From: Meyerozyma guilliermondii
Taxonomy: Eukaryota
NCBI GenBank assembly: GCA_051546255.1
Contig: CP128819.1
Span: forward strand, 1,054,001 to 1,118,000
Direction of reading: 5' to 3'
DNA: 64,000 nucleotides
This document shows, piece by piece, positions 9,987-20,522 of this stretch. Below the pieces are notes generated by a model that did not search any database, was not told where the DNA came from, and worked only from the letters and a program-made list of their open reading frames with translations. The position numbers were made by a program, and so were the translations under genes. Position 1 is the stretch's first letter, and the number at the start of each line of letters is the position of its first letter.

Positions 9987-11585
9987 ATGGGATTAGAAGA
10001 CAACGCACTTGTGCGTAAATATGTTAACGTCGGAGAAAAGAAGGAGGGATCCACTGGAATGGGGATCTTTGTCGGATTGTTTGCTGCTTTTGGAGGTGTT
10101 TTGTATGGTTACGACACTGGAACCATCAGTGGAATCTTGGGTATGAATTATGTGACTGAAAGATTTCCCCAAGATTGGAAACATGACAGTGGAGTTCCAC
10201 AACATACATTTTCTTCATCGGAAAAATCTCTTATTGTGTCGATTTTATCGGTGGGTACTTTTTTTGGATCTTTGCTTGCTCCTATACTTAACGATACCCT
10301 TGGACGTCGTTATACGTTGATTATTTCCTCGTTAATTGTGTTCAATGTGGGAGTTATTTTACAAACTGCTGCCACAGCCATTCCATTATTCTGTGCGGGT
10401 AGAGCCATTGCTGGATTTGGAGTGGGATTAATTTCTTCTTGTGTTCCACTTTACCAATCAGAATGTACACCCAAGTGGATTAGAGGTGCAGTTGTGTCTC
10501 TTTATCAATGGGCAATTACCATTGGATTGTTACTTGCAGCCTGTGTCAACCAAGGAACCAAAAACAGAAATGATTCTGGATCTTATAGAATTCCAATTGC
10601 AATTCAATTCTTGTGGTCGTTGATTTTGGGTATGGGAATGATCTTTTTGCCTGAATCTCCTCGGTTCTATATCCATGTTGGTAAAGATGACAAAGCCAAA
10701 GATTCGTTGAGAAGATTGAGAAAATTACCAATTGACCATCCGGATTTAATTGAAGAGTATATGGATATCAAAGCCGCTTATGAGTTTGAATGTTCGTTTG
10801 GAAAGCCTTCTTTGTCTATGCTTTTCTCCAGAAACAATAAGCAACTCAAAAGATTGATGACGGGTATTTGGCTTCAAGCTTTCCAACAATTGAGTGGTGT
10901 GAACTTTATTTTTTACTATGGAACCACATTTTTCCAAAGTGCTGGAATCAAAAACGAATTCTTGATTTCCTTGGCTACCAATATTGTTAACGTGGGAATG
11001 ACAATTCCTGGTGTTATTGCAATTGAGCTTGTTGGACGTCGTAACTTGTTATTGGTGGGTGCTGCAGGTATGTCCTTTTCGCAGTTCATTGTGGCCATTG
11101 TGGGAGTAGCAGCAAACTCCCATGCAGCCAATCAAGTGTTGGTAGCCTTCTCGTGTATTTTTATTGCATTTTTCGCAGCCACTTGGGGTCCTATTTGTTG
11201 GGTGGTTGTTGGTGAAATCTTCCCATTGAGAACAAGAGCCAAGTCTGTTGCCATGTCTGCTGCTTCCAATTGGTTATGGAACTGGGCAATTGCATACGCT
11301 ACCCCATATATGGTGGATTCTGGAAAAGGAAATGCCAACTTGGGATCCAAGGTTTTTTTCATTTGGGGAGGATTCAACTTTTTGTGTTTCTTCTTCACCT
11401 ACTTTACCATCTACGAAACCAAGGGTATGACTTTGGAACAAATCGATGCCATGTACGAACATGTTGACCATGCTTGGAAATCGAAATCGTATGTTCCAAA
11501 AGAGCACGAATTCAGAGGAGAAATTTCACCTCATTCCAGCACCAAGGCCGAGGGTGTTTCGGAAGTTGAAGATGCTTCTGTATAA
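9987..11585 (+). CDS. GXS1: MFS sugar porter, glucose/xylose symporter GXS1/HGT12 type
   Basis: N-terminus MGLEDNALVRKYVNVGEKKEGST..GLFAAFGGVLYGYDTGTISG closely resembles Candida intermedia Gxs1; sugar-porter motifs DTLGRR, PESPR, QQLSGVNFIFYYG, ETKG. Confidence 0.85.
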   Translation: MGLEDNALVRKYVNVGEKKEGSTGMGIFVGLFAAFGGVLYGYDTGTISGILGMNYVTERFPQDWKHDSGVPQHTFSSSEKSLIVSILSVGTFFGSLLAPILNDTLGRRYTLIISSLIVFNVGVILQTAATAIPLFCAGRAIAGFGVGLISSCVPLYQSECTPKWIRGAVVSLYQWAITIGLLLAACVNQGTKNRNDSGSYRIPIAIQFLWSLILGMGMIFLPESPRFYIHVGKDDKAKDSLRRLRKLPIDHPDLIEEYMDIKAAYEFECSFGKPSLSMLFSRNNKQLKRLMTGIWLQAFQQLSGVNFIFYYGTTFFQSAGIKNEFLISLATNIVNVGMTIPGVIAIELVGRRNLLLVGAAGMSFSQFIVAIVGVAANSHAANQVLVAFSCIFIAFFAATWGPICWVVVGEIFPLRTRAKSVAMSAASNWLWNWAIAYATPYMVDSGKGNANLGSKVFFIWGGFNFLCFFFTYFTIYETKGMTLEQIDAMYEHVDHAWKSKSYVPKEHEFRGEISPHSSTKAEGVSEVEDASV

Positions 11586-12164
11586 TTCAATTCTTTTTAT
11601 ATATATGACTACACTAAAACTGAAAAATATGAATATGCGATAAATTAATCCGATGCTGCACGAACATGCATGAATGAGCTCGCGATACGAGGTAGCATGC
11701 ATAAGAAACTGCTAGATTATGTAACGGGCCGAGTCAATTGTGGGAGGGTAGAAGCTTGTAGTAATGCAACTAAACGACCTGAAGAACAGACGACCTGAAG
11801 AACAGACCCTAGAACCCACTGGGCTTTCAAATGAAATGGAACTTGTATTGATTAAGATAAACCCATGCGAATTTGCAGCCATTTTATACCACGGGTGTAC
11901 TGGTGTACTGATAAGACGAGAATAAAAACCGAAAGTATAAGTAAAAATTGAGAGAATGAAGGAAATGGAAAGTACAAGGATCTAATTGAGTATAAAGACA
12001 GAAGTATACTGGTCACTGCGATATGCTGCGGTAGTAATTTTAAAATGCTTTTGACCTGCTATAAGACCTATGATTTTTTAACGGCTCTTAGTTTGGCAGA
12101 TTACTCGTCGTAAACGTTTACTTAAACCTGAGCTTCCCAGCTCACCTCTGATAATTTGATCACA

Positions 12165-12533
12165 ATGGAAGAAAAAGTGACTGAAGAAACTGTGGGGAAA
12201 AGAATGACTGAAGAAAGAGTGGACAAATTTCAGGAAATTATTACCTGTATAATAATTTTTTTGACTATTTTCCTGTTATGTTCTGGCTGGTTTCTTCCCA
12301 CCGCCTTTCAAATGAAAAATGTTAATTTAAGGATTCCGGAGTATATCTGGCTCAGTTCTGCAGCTTTTCATGTGATCATTACTACAATATGGACAAGCTT
12401 AACAATCGTTGTCTTTCAAAATAAGGACTCATCAAGAGAGTGGAAAGCTGTGGCTTTTGGGTTCTTGAGTATTCTTGGTTTGTGCCTTACATCATCTGTA
12501 TTTCTTTTCACTTGGTTCCGTCTGGATCTGTAA
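12165..12533 (+). CDS. A-type small membrane protein (122 aa)
   Basis: MEEKVTEET repeats, IPEYIWLSSAAFHVI motif, three hydrophobic segments, conserved 5' and 3' modules. Confidence 0.75.
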   Translation: MEEKVTEETVGKRMTEERVDKFQEIITCIIIFLTIFLLCSGWFLPTAFQMKNVNLRIPEYIWLSSAAFHVIITTIWTSLTIVVFQNKDSSREWKAVAFGFLSILGLCLTSSVFLFTWFRLDL

Positions 12534-13602
12534 TACAACTACAAAGGTTCTTCGCTTTACATTATATACCAATGATATTAGCAGCTGGTCAGTGAAATTG
12601 AATAAGTCTAACTTTAGTTCGTGCTGTTGGTCTCAAACAGAACGACCTTTAAGTCTGCGACTACGTGACTCTTCATGGATTATACCTTAACAGAAAGACG
12701 CTATATCACCAATATAGTATCAGTGTATACCTGTCGTTGAAAGGAAAAGAAGTACCCTACATTTACAAAAGAATGGAATTCAAGATTTGTTCTCAGTTCC
12801 AGTTCCTATGGATTGGGGTCTTTAAGTGGACGAGTATTGAAATAGAAAGCATAAGGAAATAATTGAGAAGAGCATGAAACGGAAAGTATAAGATATTGAG
12901 TAAAATTCATCACCCGAAAGATAGTTGCGTCCTCCAATTCATGTGCTGACACAATTGTGCTGATATTTGTGTAGATCAAAATGCAAATTAGCCGTAAAAT
13001 CTTCTTCATCGTGGTAATTGGTGTTGCATAGTGATCTTAATAGTTGAGAAATGGCTGCAAATTTCAGTACACCAGTACACCAGTACACACCTATCATGCA
13101 AATCTTGGATCTAGTACCAGATTATTATTTGAAATGCCAGTAACCAAAGTTGAAAAAACCAGAAACTAGTCATTATCTTAACGGAAAGTCTTTTGGACTA
13201 TACGTATTGATCTCCAAAACGACAAGTTATAAAGTTCTTAGCCAGACTTATTCAGATATACAGAAGAACCATAAAGTTTGACTGATTTACTTTACAATTG
13301 ACGCTCAAATCTTGTTTTTCATGATCGGGATCAGAGCCAAATACCAACGGAAACAGCAGTTATTGTGCCTCAATCGGTAAATTCTCAAGTCTGCCGATGC
13401 GAACTCTGCCTATTACGGAAGAGAAAGACAAGGAACGGAAAGTTTAAGGAAGAATAAAGTAAACGGAATGTATAAGAAATTGAGTAGAAAAGATAGCAGA
13501 TTCAGTAGCTTCCACTTTCCTACTCTAGGTTTGGCAGATTATCGGTCGTATGCATTTACTAAAACCTAAGCTTCGCAGCTCACCTCTGATAATCTGTTCA
13601 CA

Positions 13603-13992
13603 ATGGAGAAACTGACTGAAGAAGCTGCGAGGGAAAGAGTGACTGAAGAAGCTGCGAGGAAAAGAGTGACCGAAGAAGCTGCGAGGGAAAGAGTGACTGA
13701 TGCAAATGCTGTCGTTTTTTGGATTACATTGCAATTGTTGACTTTTGGCCTGATGGGTTTTGGCTGGAGACTTCCCGTCGAGTTTCAAAAGAGAAATGTT
13801 AATGTAAAGATTCCTGGTTATATCTGGTTATGCTCTGCAGCTTTCCATGTGATCGGTGATGCAATATGGTTATACCTCACAATCTATTGCTTTCGACTTA
13901 AGTTCAGAATTTCGACTTCTACGTGCTTAGTTTTTCTTGGGGTGTGCCTTATATCATCATTGGTTTTCATTTGGTTCTTCCTAACAAGGTAA
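13603..13992 (+). CDS. A-type small membrane protein (129 aa)
   Basis: Three 27-bp TEEAARERV repeats, IPGYIWLCSAAFHVI motif, conserved flanking modules. Confidence 0.75.
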   Translation: MEKLTEEAARERVTEEAARKRVTEEAARERVTDANAVVFWITLQLLTFGLMGFGWRLPVEFQKRNVNVKIPGYIWLCSAAFHVIGDAIWLYLTIYCFRLKFRISTSTCLVFLGVCLISSLVFIWFFLTR

Positions 13993-14516
13993 TACAACTA
14001 GAAAGATTTTGCTTTACATTATTTACCTGGTCAGTGAAATTGAACATGTTTATCTTTGCCTTTGTATTTTTCGTACTATTCGTCTAAAACAAACTTGCAT
14101 ATGTGACAAGATCAAATGCGCGACCTATCTGTCATTTGAAGTACTAGGCGATCCTCCACCAAATGCAGAAACATGATCAAGTGACCCATTTTGGATTAGA
14201 AGTGTATTATCAAAGATTGAGATTCAACAACCACAACTTTGCTCTGCTCGTATTTGAGTCGTAAATGAAACCGTGCGGCGCGCTACGTTCACGATACGAG
14301 GTTGCATGCAAGACGAAAGTATACGGAAAAATTGAGAGAATGAAGGAAATGGAAAGTATTAGGAAAACATAGCAGAATCAGTTGTGCGATAGTTTAAGAT
14401 GCTTTTGACCTGCTATAAAATTCTTCCACTTTTTTTCACGGCTCTAGTTTGGCAGATTATTTGTACGTCTACTTATAAACTGAGCTTTGCAGCGAACCTT
14501 TAAAATTTGATCACAA

Positions 14517-14879
14517 ATGGTGAAACAATTGACTGAAGAAAATGTGGGGGAAAGAATGACTGAAGAAACTATGGAAGAAAATCTGAAAGGCGATAGTATC
14601 CAGTATGCAATTGTGTTTTTGACATTTTTCCTGTTATGTTTTGGCTGGGTACTTCCCGCTCTCTTTCGAAAGGAAAATGATAATGTAGAGATTCCGGATT
14701 ATATCTGGCTCAGTTCTGCAGCTTTCCATGTGTTTGGTGTTGCAATATGGATAAACATCGCAATTATTACCTTTCCATATAAGGACTTCAGAGCTGAAGC
14801 ATATACGAGCTTAGCCTTTGTTGGTTTGTGCCTTACATCATTCATATCGCTTGTCATTTGGTTCTGTCTAACAAGGTAG
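14517..14879 (+). CDS. A-type small membrane protein (120 aa)
   Basis: TEE repeats, IPDYIWLSSAAFHV motif, conserved 5' module. Confidence 0.75.
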   Translation: MVKQLTEENVGERMTEETMEENLKGDSIQYAIVFLTFFLLCFGWVLPALFRKENDNVEIPDYIWLSSAAFHVFGVAIWINIAIITFPYKDFRAEAYTSLAFVGLCLTSFISLVIWFCLTR

Positions 14880-14896
14880 TACAATACACAGATGAA

Positions 14897-16060
14897 AGAC
14901 GCTATATCACCAATATAGTATCAGTGTATTCCAGCTCACGCAACACTACACCCACGGTGAAGGATATCATCACATAATCGGTTAATAATCCAACAATTGT
15001 CACGTGGCTGATAACGCGGTTGCAAAATATCTTTTCGCATTTGTACTTGATTTCATCTTGATCATGACAACGCCACCAGTGCAAAGAATGACTCCTCCGC
15101 AAGCGGAAGAGCTGAATCCACACCAATTTGAAGGAATGACTCCACAACAAGCGGTAGAATTGATTAGACAACTTGAGAGAGAATTGAATCCACTCCAATT
15201 GGAAGGAATGACTCCACAACAAGTGGTAGAAGGGATTCGACAAAAAAGGGAAGCGAATCGACAACTAAGGGAAGAGAATCGACAACCAAGGGAAGTGATT
15301 CGACAACGAAGGGAAGCGATTATGAGAGAGACCAGACCACAAACGAGAGAAACAACACCACAAAGGAATGTAGTTCGGGTTCTGTTTTACTCTCTTATGG
15401 CGTGGCAATTTGCTATATTATTCCTTTGTATACTTATAGTTGTGTTCTCCGACTCCTTCGGGAATCGAGAGATTAACATCTCGATTTATCTCTGGATCTG
15501 TTATGCATTGGTTTATTTGTGGCTTTTAAAAAATCGGATACTTTCCATATACGCTTCCTATCAGCATAAGGCGCCATTCTATTTAAGCTTATTATCTGCT
15601 TATGTGTGCATTGTGACATGTATTGCCGCCTTCCATTCGTTCTGCCAATCACAGACCCTAACTATATTTCAAATTCTCCTATTATGTTTGTTCGCAGTTA
15701 TTGGCAGCATGGTGGAATATTTCTGCGTTATAATTACGTCAGAATGGAGCGAGAAATAGCTTGAGGCTCCGCACCACAGTTCAATTCGTTCGCTAAAATT
15801 GCTAAGATCGAACTTTGCTATCATATTGTTGGATTATGAGCTGATTGCGTTATCCTTCACCGTGGGTGTGGTGTTGTGTGAGCTATGTTAAATCCAACAC
15901 TATATTGGTGATACAGCGTCGTCTAACAAGGTATGCGATCCCTATTTTCCTAAACTCGTTCGATTTCTTTAAATCTTTTAACAGTTTCTAGCTAGTAATC
16001 TAAACTGATTTGCTTAAATTTCCATATTGAGAATTTTCTTCTCTTTGTAGAGTATGGAAG
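14897..16060. repeat. Second inverted-repeat-flanked cassette (left arm truncated, about 14897-14997; right arm about 15826-16060)
   Basis: GACGCTATATCACCAATATAGT mirrors ACTATATTGGTGATACAGCGTC; CACACCCACGGTGAAGGATA mirrors TATCCTTCACCGTGGGTGTG; whole unit is paralogous to 4000-5230. Confidence 0.85.
15064..15759 (+). CDS. B-type membrane protein with MTPQQ/ELNP and RQxREE repeats (231 aa), intact
   Basis: ATG ORF; repetitive charged N-half, about four hydrophobic segments, IYLWIC motif. Confidence 0.75.
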   Translation: MTTPPVQRMTPPQAEELNPHQFEGMTPQQAVELIRQLERELNPLQLEGMTPQQVVEGIRQKREANRQLREENRQPREVIRQRREAIMRETRPQTRETTPQRNVVRVLFYSLMAWQFAILFLCILIVVFSDSFGNREINISIYLWICYALVYLWLLKNRILSIYASYQHKAPFYLSLLSAYVCIVTCIAAFHSFCQSQTLTIFQILLLCLFAVIGSMVEYFCVIITSEWSEK

Positions 16061-16505
16061 TTATATAATTGACTTATAAACTGGACGATTTACGGTGTGT
16101 CCTTTAGATTCTTGTTGATCTCTGATAGGAAGACAATTTCGTTCCCAGACTTATTCAGTAAGAAACAGCGGAAAGAAAAACAGATCAAAAAAAAGTTTGC
16201 GACTAATTTACTTTACAATTGACCTGCGATTCTTTTGGTCTTGAATATCGGCATGAGCCAAGTACGAACAACAGCAAATCTACCTCAACTCGGTACACTC
16301 TCAGTGAGGAAAGAGAGTAAGGAAATGGACAGAAAGTATAAGGAAAAATGAGAGAATGATGGAAATGGAAAGAATAAGGAATTAATTGAGTATAAAAATT
16401 GCAGAAGTAGGCAGAACACTTCGATAGAGGCTTCCTCTTTCTTTATGTTTGGCAGATTATATATTCGTTTACTTATAGACTTTGCAGCCTCTGAATTTGA
16501 TCGAA

Positions 16506-16937
16506 ATGGAAGATAAAATGACTGAACAACCTATGAAAGAAAAAATGACCGAACAACCTATGGGGAAAGTGACTGAACAACCTATGGGGAAAATTGAAGA
16601 AACTGTGGGAATGACTACAGAAACTGAGGCTGAGATTCTGCAGGATGATAGGTTCAAAAAAATGGCTATGTTATTGATCCCTGTATGTTTCCTTTATGCA
16701 GCCTCGCTGGGGTTGGTACTTTACTATCAAGGTGACTGGACCGGGAAAAAGAATTCTCCCGCTTATCTCTGGAGTTCTGTGGTTTGCCATGTGATTGCTT
16801 ATCCAATTTGGATAGACAACATAATCGTTTCCATTCGATATAAAGTATTTGAAGTTGCAAGACTAATGGTGGACTTAATGGTAGTTTTTTATTGGATTGC
16901 ATCCTTAGGTCTTTTGATTTACGCTGTATCTCACTAA
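16506..16937 (+). CDS. A-type small membrane protein (143 aa)
   Basis: MTEQPM repeats, PAYLWSSVVCHVI...IW.D.I..SIRYK motif; intact paralog of the 3024 and 5686 copies. Confidence 0.75.
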   Translation: MEDKMTEQPMKEKMTEQPMGKVTEQPMGKIEETVGMTTETEAEILQDDRFKKMAMLLIPVCFLYAASLGLVLYYQGDWTGKKNSPAYLWSSVVCHVIAYPIWIDNIIVSIRYKVFEVARLMVDLMVVFYWIASLGLLIYAVSH

Positions 16938-17656
16938 ACAGGTACAACCACAAAAATTTCCCACAAAGTTTATCGCTTACATTATTACCAATGTATTAGC
17001 AGCTTGTCGCTGTAACGGTACCTACAATGCCATAACAAGTTCTTTATCTTTTAACCTGGAAATCTGATTTATAGCCAGATTATTATTTAGTATGCTAGTA
17101 TGGAAGTCATATAGACTCATAAACTGAAAATTTATTCAATTCATCGTTCTAGATTATTCCTTATATATCTTTATTAAGAAGTTGGTGAAGTTGCCAGACT
17201 TGATCAGATATATACAGGAAAAAACTGAATAAAAAGATGATTGACCAATTTGCTTTATAATTGAACAATCCTTGGTCTTGCGTATCGGCATCAGGAACCA
17301 ATCGAACGGATACAGCAACAAATCTACTCCAACTCGGTAAACTCTCTATTCCGCCGAATGCGAACACTGCCATTACGAATGTCTAAATCTGTGCCTAAAC
17401 TATCCAGAACTGTCTTCACTGGTTACTTTCCTACTTGGTAAAATTGCTCACATAGAATCCGAAGTCGGCTTTATAGCGTAAACGATTTTGGTCATCTTCC
17501 AATCTAAAGATCGTACCTAACCGAATTAGGTCGAGATATGTCATTACATAAGCGGATATTCGGTGCTGGTCACGTGTGTGCGGCGTGTCGGCTGCAATTC
17601 ATATGCAAAGCATGTATCGAAGATAAAAGGAACCATTCCCGGTTCTTTTTGTGTTT

Positions 17657-19504
17657 ATGAGTTTCCACGAAAAGAGCACGTCTCTGAGCTCGCACTCGCA
17701 GTTGGAGTACTATGGAGATGGCGTGGTGGAGGAAAATGAATTGAACAGGCAGAAAACAATTGAGAGAATTGCGACTGGAAAAACAGTGGAGGACGTTGCT
17801 CGTGAAGAACAGATGGTAGAAGAAGGAATTGACCCTCTGACGTTGGACTGGGAAGGTGCTGGAGATCCATTGAACCCTGCTAATTGGCGGACATGGAAAA
17901 AATGGTATGTTACTTATACGGTTGCATTGATATGTTTATGTGCATCATTGGGAAGTTCTTTATATGTTTGTGGAGCACCGGAAATTTCCCAGAGATTCCA
18001 TGTATCTCAAGAATTAGCCATTGCGGGTTTGACATTCTATTTACTAGGACTTGCCATTGGTCCTGCGGTGGCAGCTCCATTATCTGAATTACTTGGACGT
18101 CGATGGATTTATTTGCTTTCACTTCCTCCTTCCATTTTGTTCAATATGGGAGTGGGACTTTCACAGAACATTGAGTCGATTCTTGTGCTTCGTTTTTTTA
18201 CCGGTTTGGTCGTTTCTCCTGCCATGGCAGTTGCTGGAGGAACAATTTCCGATATATGGGCCAACGATCCATACGATAGATCTTTTGCCATGTGCCTTTT
18301 TTGCTTGGCACCTTTTATGGGTCCGATTCTAGGACCTATTGTGGGGGGTTTTGCAGCCGAATACAAGAACTGGAGATGGACATTGTGGATTTCAATGATG
18401 TTTTCTGGAGCCATTTTGGTTCCGGTGATTTTTATGCCTGAAACATACAAACCAGTCTTGTTGGCTTCCAGAGCTAAAAAGAGAGGAATCCACTTGGTGG
18501 TGCCCAAGATGAACTTGCGCCGAATGCAGTGGATTTTGGTTTATGCTTTCTGGAGACCGATTCAAATGCTCATTTTCGAGCCTATAGTTTCAGTTTTGTC
18601 GATTTATATTGCATTCGTTTTTGCAGTATTATTTGGGTTTTTCGAAGCATTTCCCATCATTTTCCGTGGAGTTTACCATATGGATACTGGAATTTCTGGA
18701 TTGGTTTTCATTGGAGTTGGTCTAGGGTTGGTGCTCGGTGTTGCATTTTACATGGTGCTTGATCGCTACAAATATTTCCGCAAAAATCCCGACGGAACTC
18801 GAGGTGAAAGAGACGAAAAGGGAGAGTTTATCTGGAGACCTCCGGAAACCAAACTTTTGGCAGGAAAAGTTGGTGCAATTGCCTTGCCAATTAGCTTGTT
18901 CTGGTTAGCTTGGACATCAAGATCGTCGGTTCACTGGATGGTTCCTACAATTGCTGGGGTTCCTTTTGGTTTTGGTTTGGTTCTAGTGTTTATGACCGTG
19001 CTGTCTTACTTTGGAATGTCGTTTCCTCCTACCCATGTTGCATCGGCCTTGGCGGTGAATAATCTTTTGCGGTACCTTTTGGCTTCAGCGTTTCCTCTCT
19101 TTACGGTTCAGATGTACGAGAGACTCCATATCAGCTGGGCAACCACTCTTCTTGCTTTCATTGCTTTGGCAATGGTTCCAGTGCTTTTTATTTTTGAGCG
19201 TTATGGACCAAGATTGCGAGCAAAGTCTAGGTATGGATACGCTGCATATTTCAAGAAGCTTGCGATTGAAAGAAAACGGAAGGAAGCGGAAAGTCAAAAA
19301 GTCGAAAGAGCCGAGACAAAGGAGAATTTAACAGGAAATCAGAAACTGGAAAGTCAGACCAAGAGTTCTGCCAATGAGAGTTCTTCCAATGAAAAAGTTT
19401 ATTCTGAGATTGAACAAATCGGAAACTTGCCCGCAGAGGTTTCGGGAGTTGTTCCTGCCACAGCACTGGAAAACAGGCAAGGAATACTTGCGAATGATGT
19501 GTAA
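17657..19504 (+). CDS. TPO4: DHA1-family MFS drug/polyamine:H+ antiporter, TPO4-like (copy 1)
   Basis: WEG..DP.NP.NW..WKKW, LGSSLYV, APLSE.LGRR, WRW and MPETYKP motifs as in Tpo4. Confidence 0.85.
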   Translation: MSFHEKSTSLSSHSQLEYYGDGVVEENELNRQKTIERIATGKTVEDVAREEQMVEEGIDPLTLDWEGAGDPLNPANWRTWKKWYVTYTVALICLCASLGSSLYVCGAPEISQRFHVSQELAIAGLTFYLLGLAIGPAVAAPLSELLGRRWIYLLSLPPSILFNMGVGLSQNIESILVLRFFTGLVVSPAMAVAGGTISDIWANDPYDRSFAMCLFCLAPFMGPILGPIVGGFAAEYKNWRWTLWISMMFSGAILVPVIFMPETYKPVLLASRAKKRGIHLVVPKMNLRRMQWILVYAFWRPIQMLIFEPIVSVLSIYIAFVFAVLFGFFEAFPIIFRGVYHMDTGISGLVFIGVGLGLVLGVAFYMVLDRYKYFRKNPDGTRGERDEKGEFIWRPPETKLLAGKVGAIALPISLFWLAWTSRSSVHWMVPTIAGVPFGFGLVLVFMTVLSYFGMSFPPTHVASALAVNNLLRYLLASAFPLFTVQMYERLHISWATTLLAFIALAMVPVLFIFERYGPRLRAKSRYGYAAYFKKLAIERKRKEAESQKVERAETKENLTGNQKLESQTKSSANESSSNEKVYSEIEQIGNLPAEVSGVVPATALENRQGILANDV

Positions 19505-20522
19505 CAATAGGATACTGAGGCTGCGACAATCGGTATACTAGCGAGATTTTGCAACTCGCTTTTCGAAGATTTTTGGTGGTTTCGGAGATTCGGAGATTCT
19601 TCTGGACCATTTGCGAGTCGGAAATGCCATTCGCTATTTTTAGAGAGATCTGCAGAGATAGTTTCAGCCGTAGTGGTACGGCCGACAGATCTAAGATTTC
19701 GCAGCCAATTCGCAGCTTTCGCAGCCGATTTGCGCGCAACGAAAAGGGAGTTGTGCCGAGGAACAACTTAGCCGCGGCTGCGACAACATAAGCCAAGAGT
19801 ATGAGTAGTATGAGTAAAATTCGAAGACTGAATAATGATAAACAAAATTCAAGATGAACAAGATTTAAGATATAAACGGATTTAAGATATGCAAGATCTA
19901 TGTTATAGCAGCATTACCCGCCCATATATACGGCTTTCGCAGCGAATGTGTCAATCCTGTAAATAGCGTGAATCCGCACCGAAAAACGAAATATTGTTTG
20001 TGAAATTCGCACCGGCTAAAAATGCAAAATAACGACAATCAAAAAAACAATAGACCAATAGAGTTGCGCTAAATGCGCACACAATTACCCCCACGCACTT
20101 CAAAGCCAATATGATGCACTGCAGCTGAACAAGCTTTGTTTAGACGCCAGGATTCTGCCAGAATTTCTGCCAGGATTCCTGTCTAGTTGCTTTTATTTTC
20201 CGCCATTTTTTTAATTTTAGCCCGGCTGAAGTTTTCCCGGCTAAAGTTTCCCGCTCAAGTTTCCGAAAAATTTTATGGGTGCGAACCAACCACACCTTCA
20301 CCAGCCCCAAACTTGTCAGTACTCAATGGCCCCCACGGTGGTCCCCCAACCCCATCCGGTCACTCTGAACCCCCACACGCATTTCCGACTCGGCCTGGCC
20401 TCGTGTGGTGTGCATGACATTTCTACGGCCGCACCATTGTTACGGCCGATAGCCGCTGCCACACCGCTGCAGGTGATAAAAGCCGTCTGTTCGCAACTTT
20501 CACGCATCTTCCACTAATAAAC

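Noticed and set aside
1..17400. CRISPR array or true integron as explanation for the repeated modules
   Set aside because: Eukaryotic context; the repeats are long, degenerate and irregularly spaced; no cas, integrase or transposase ORF in the window.
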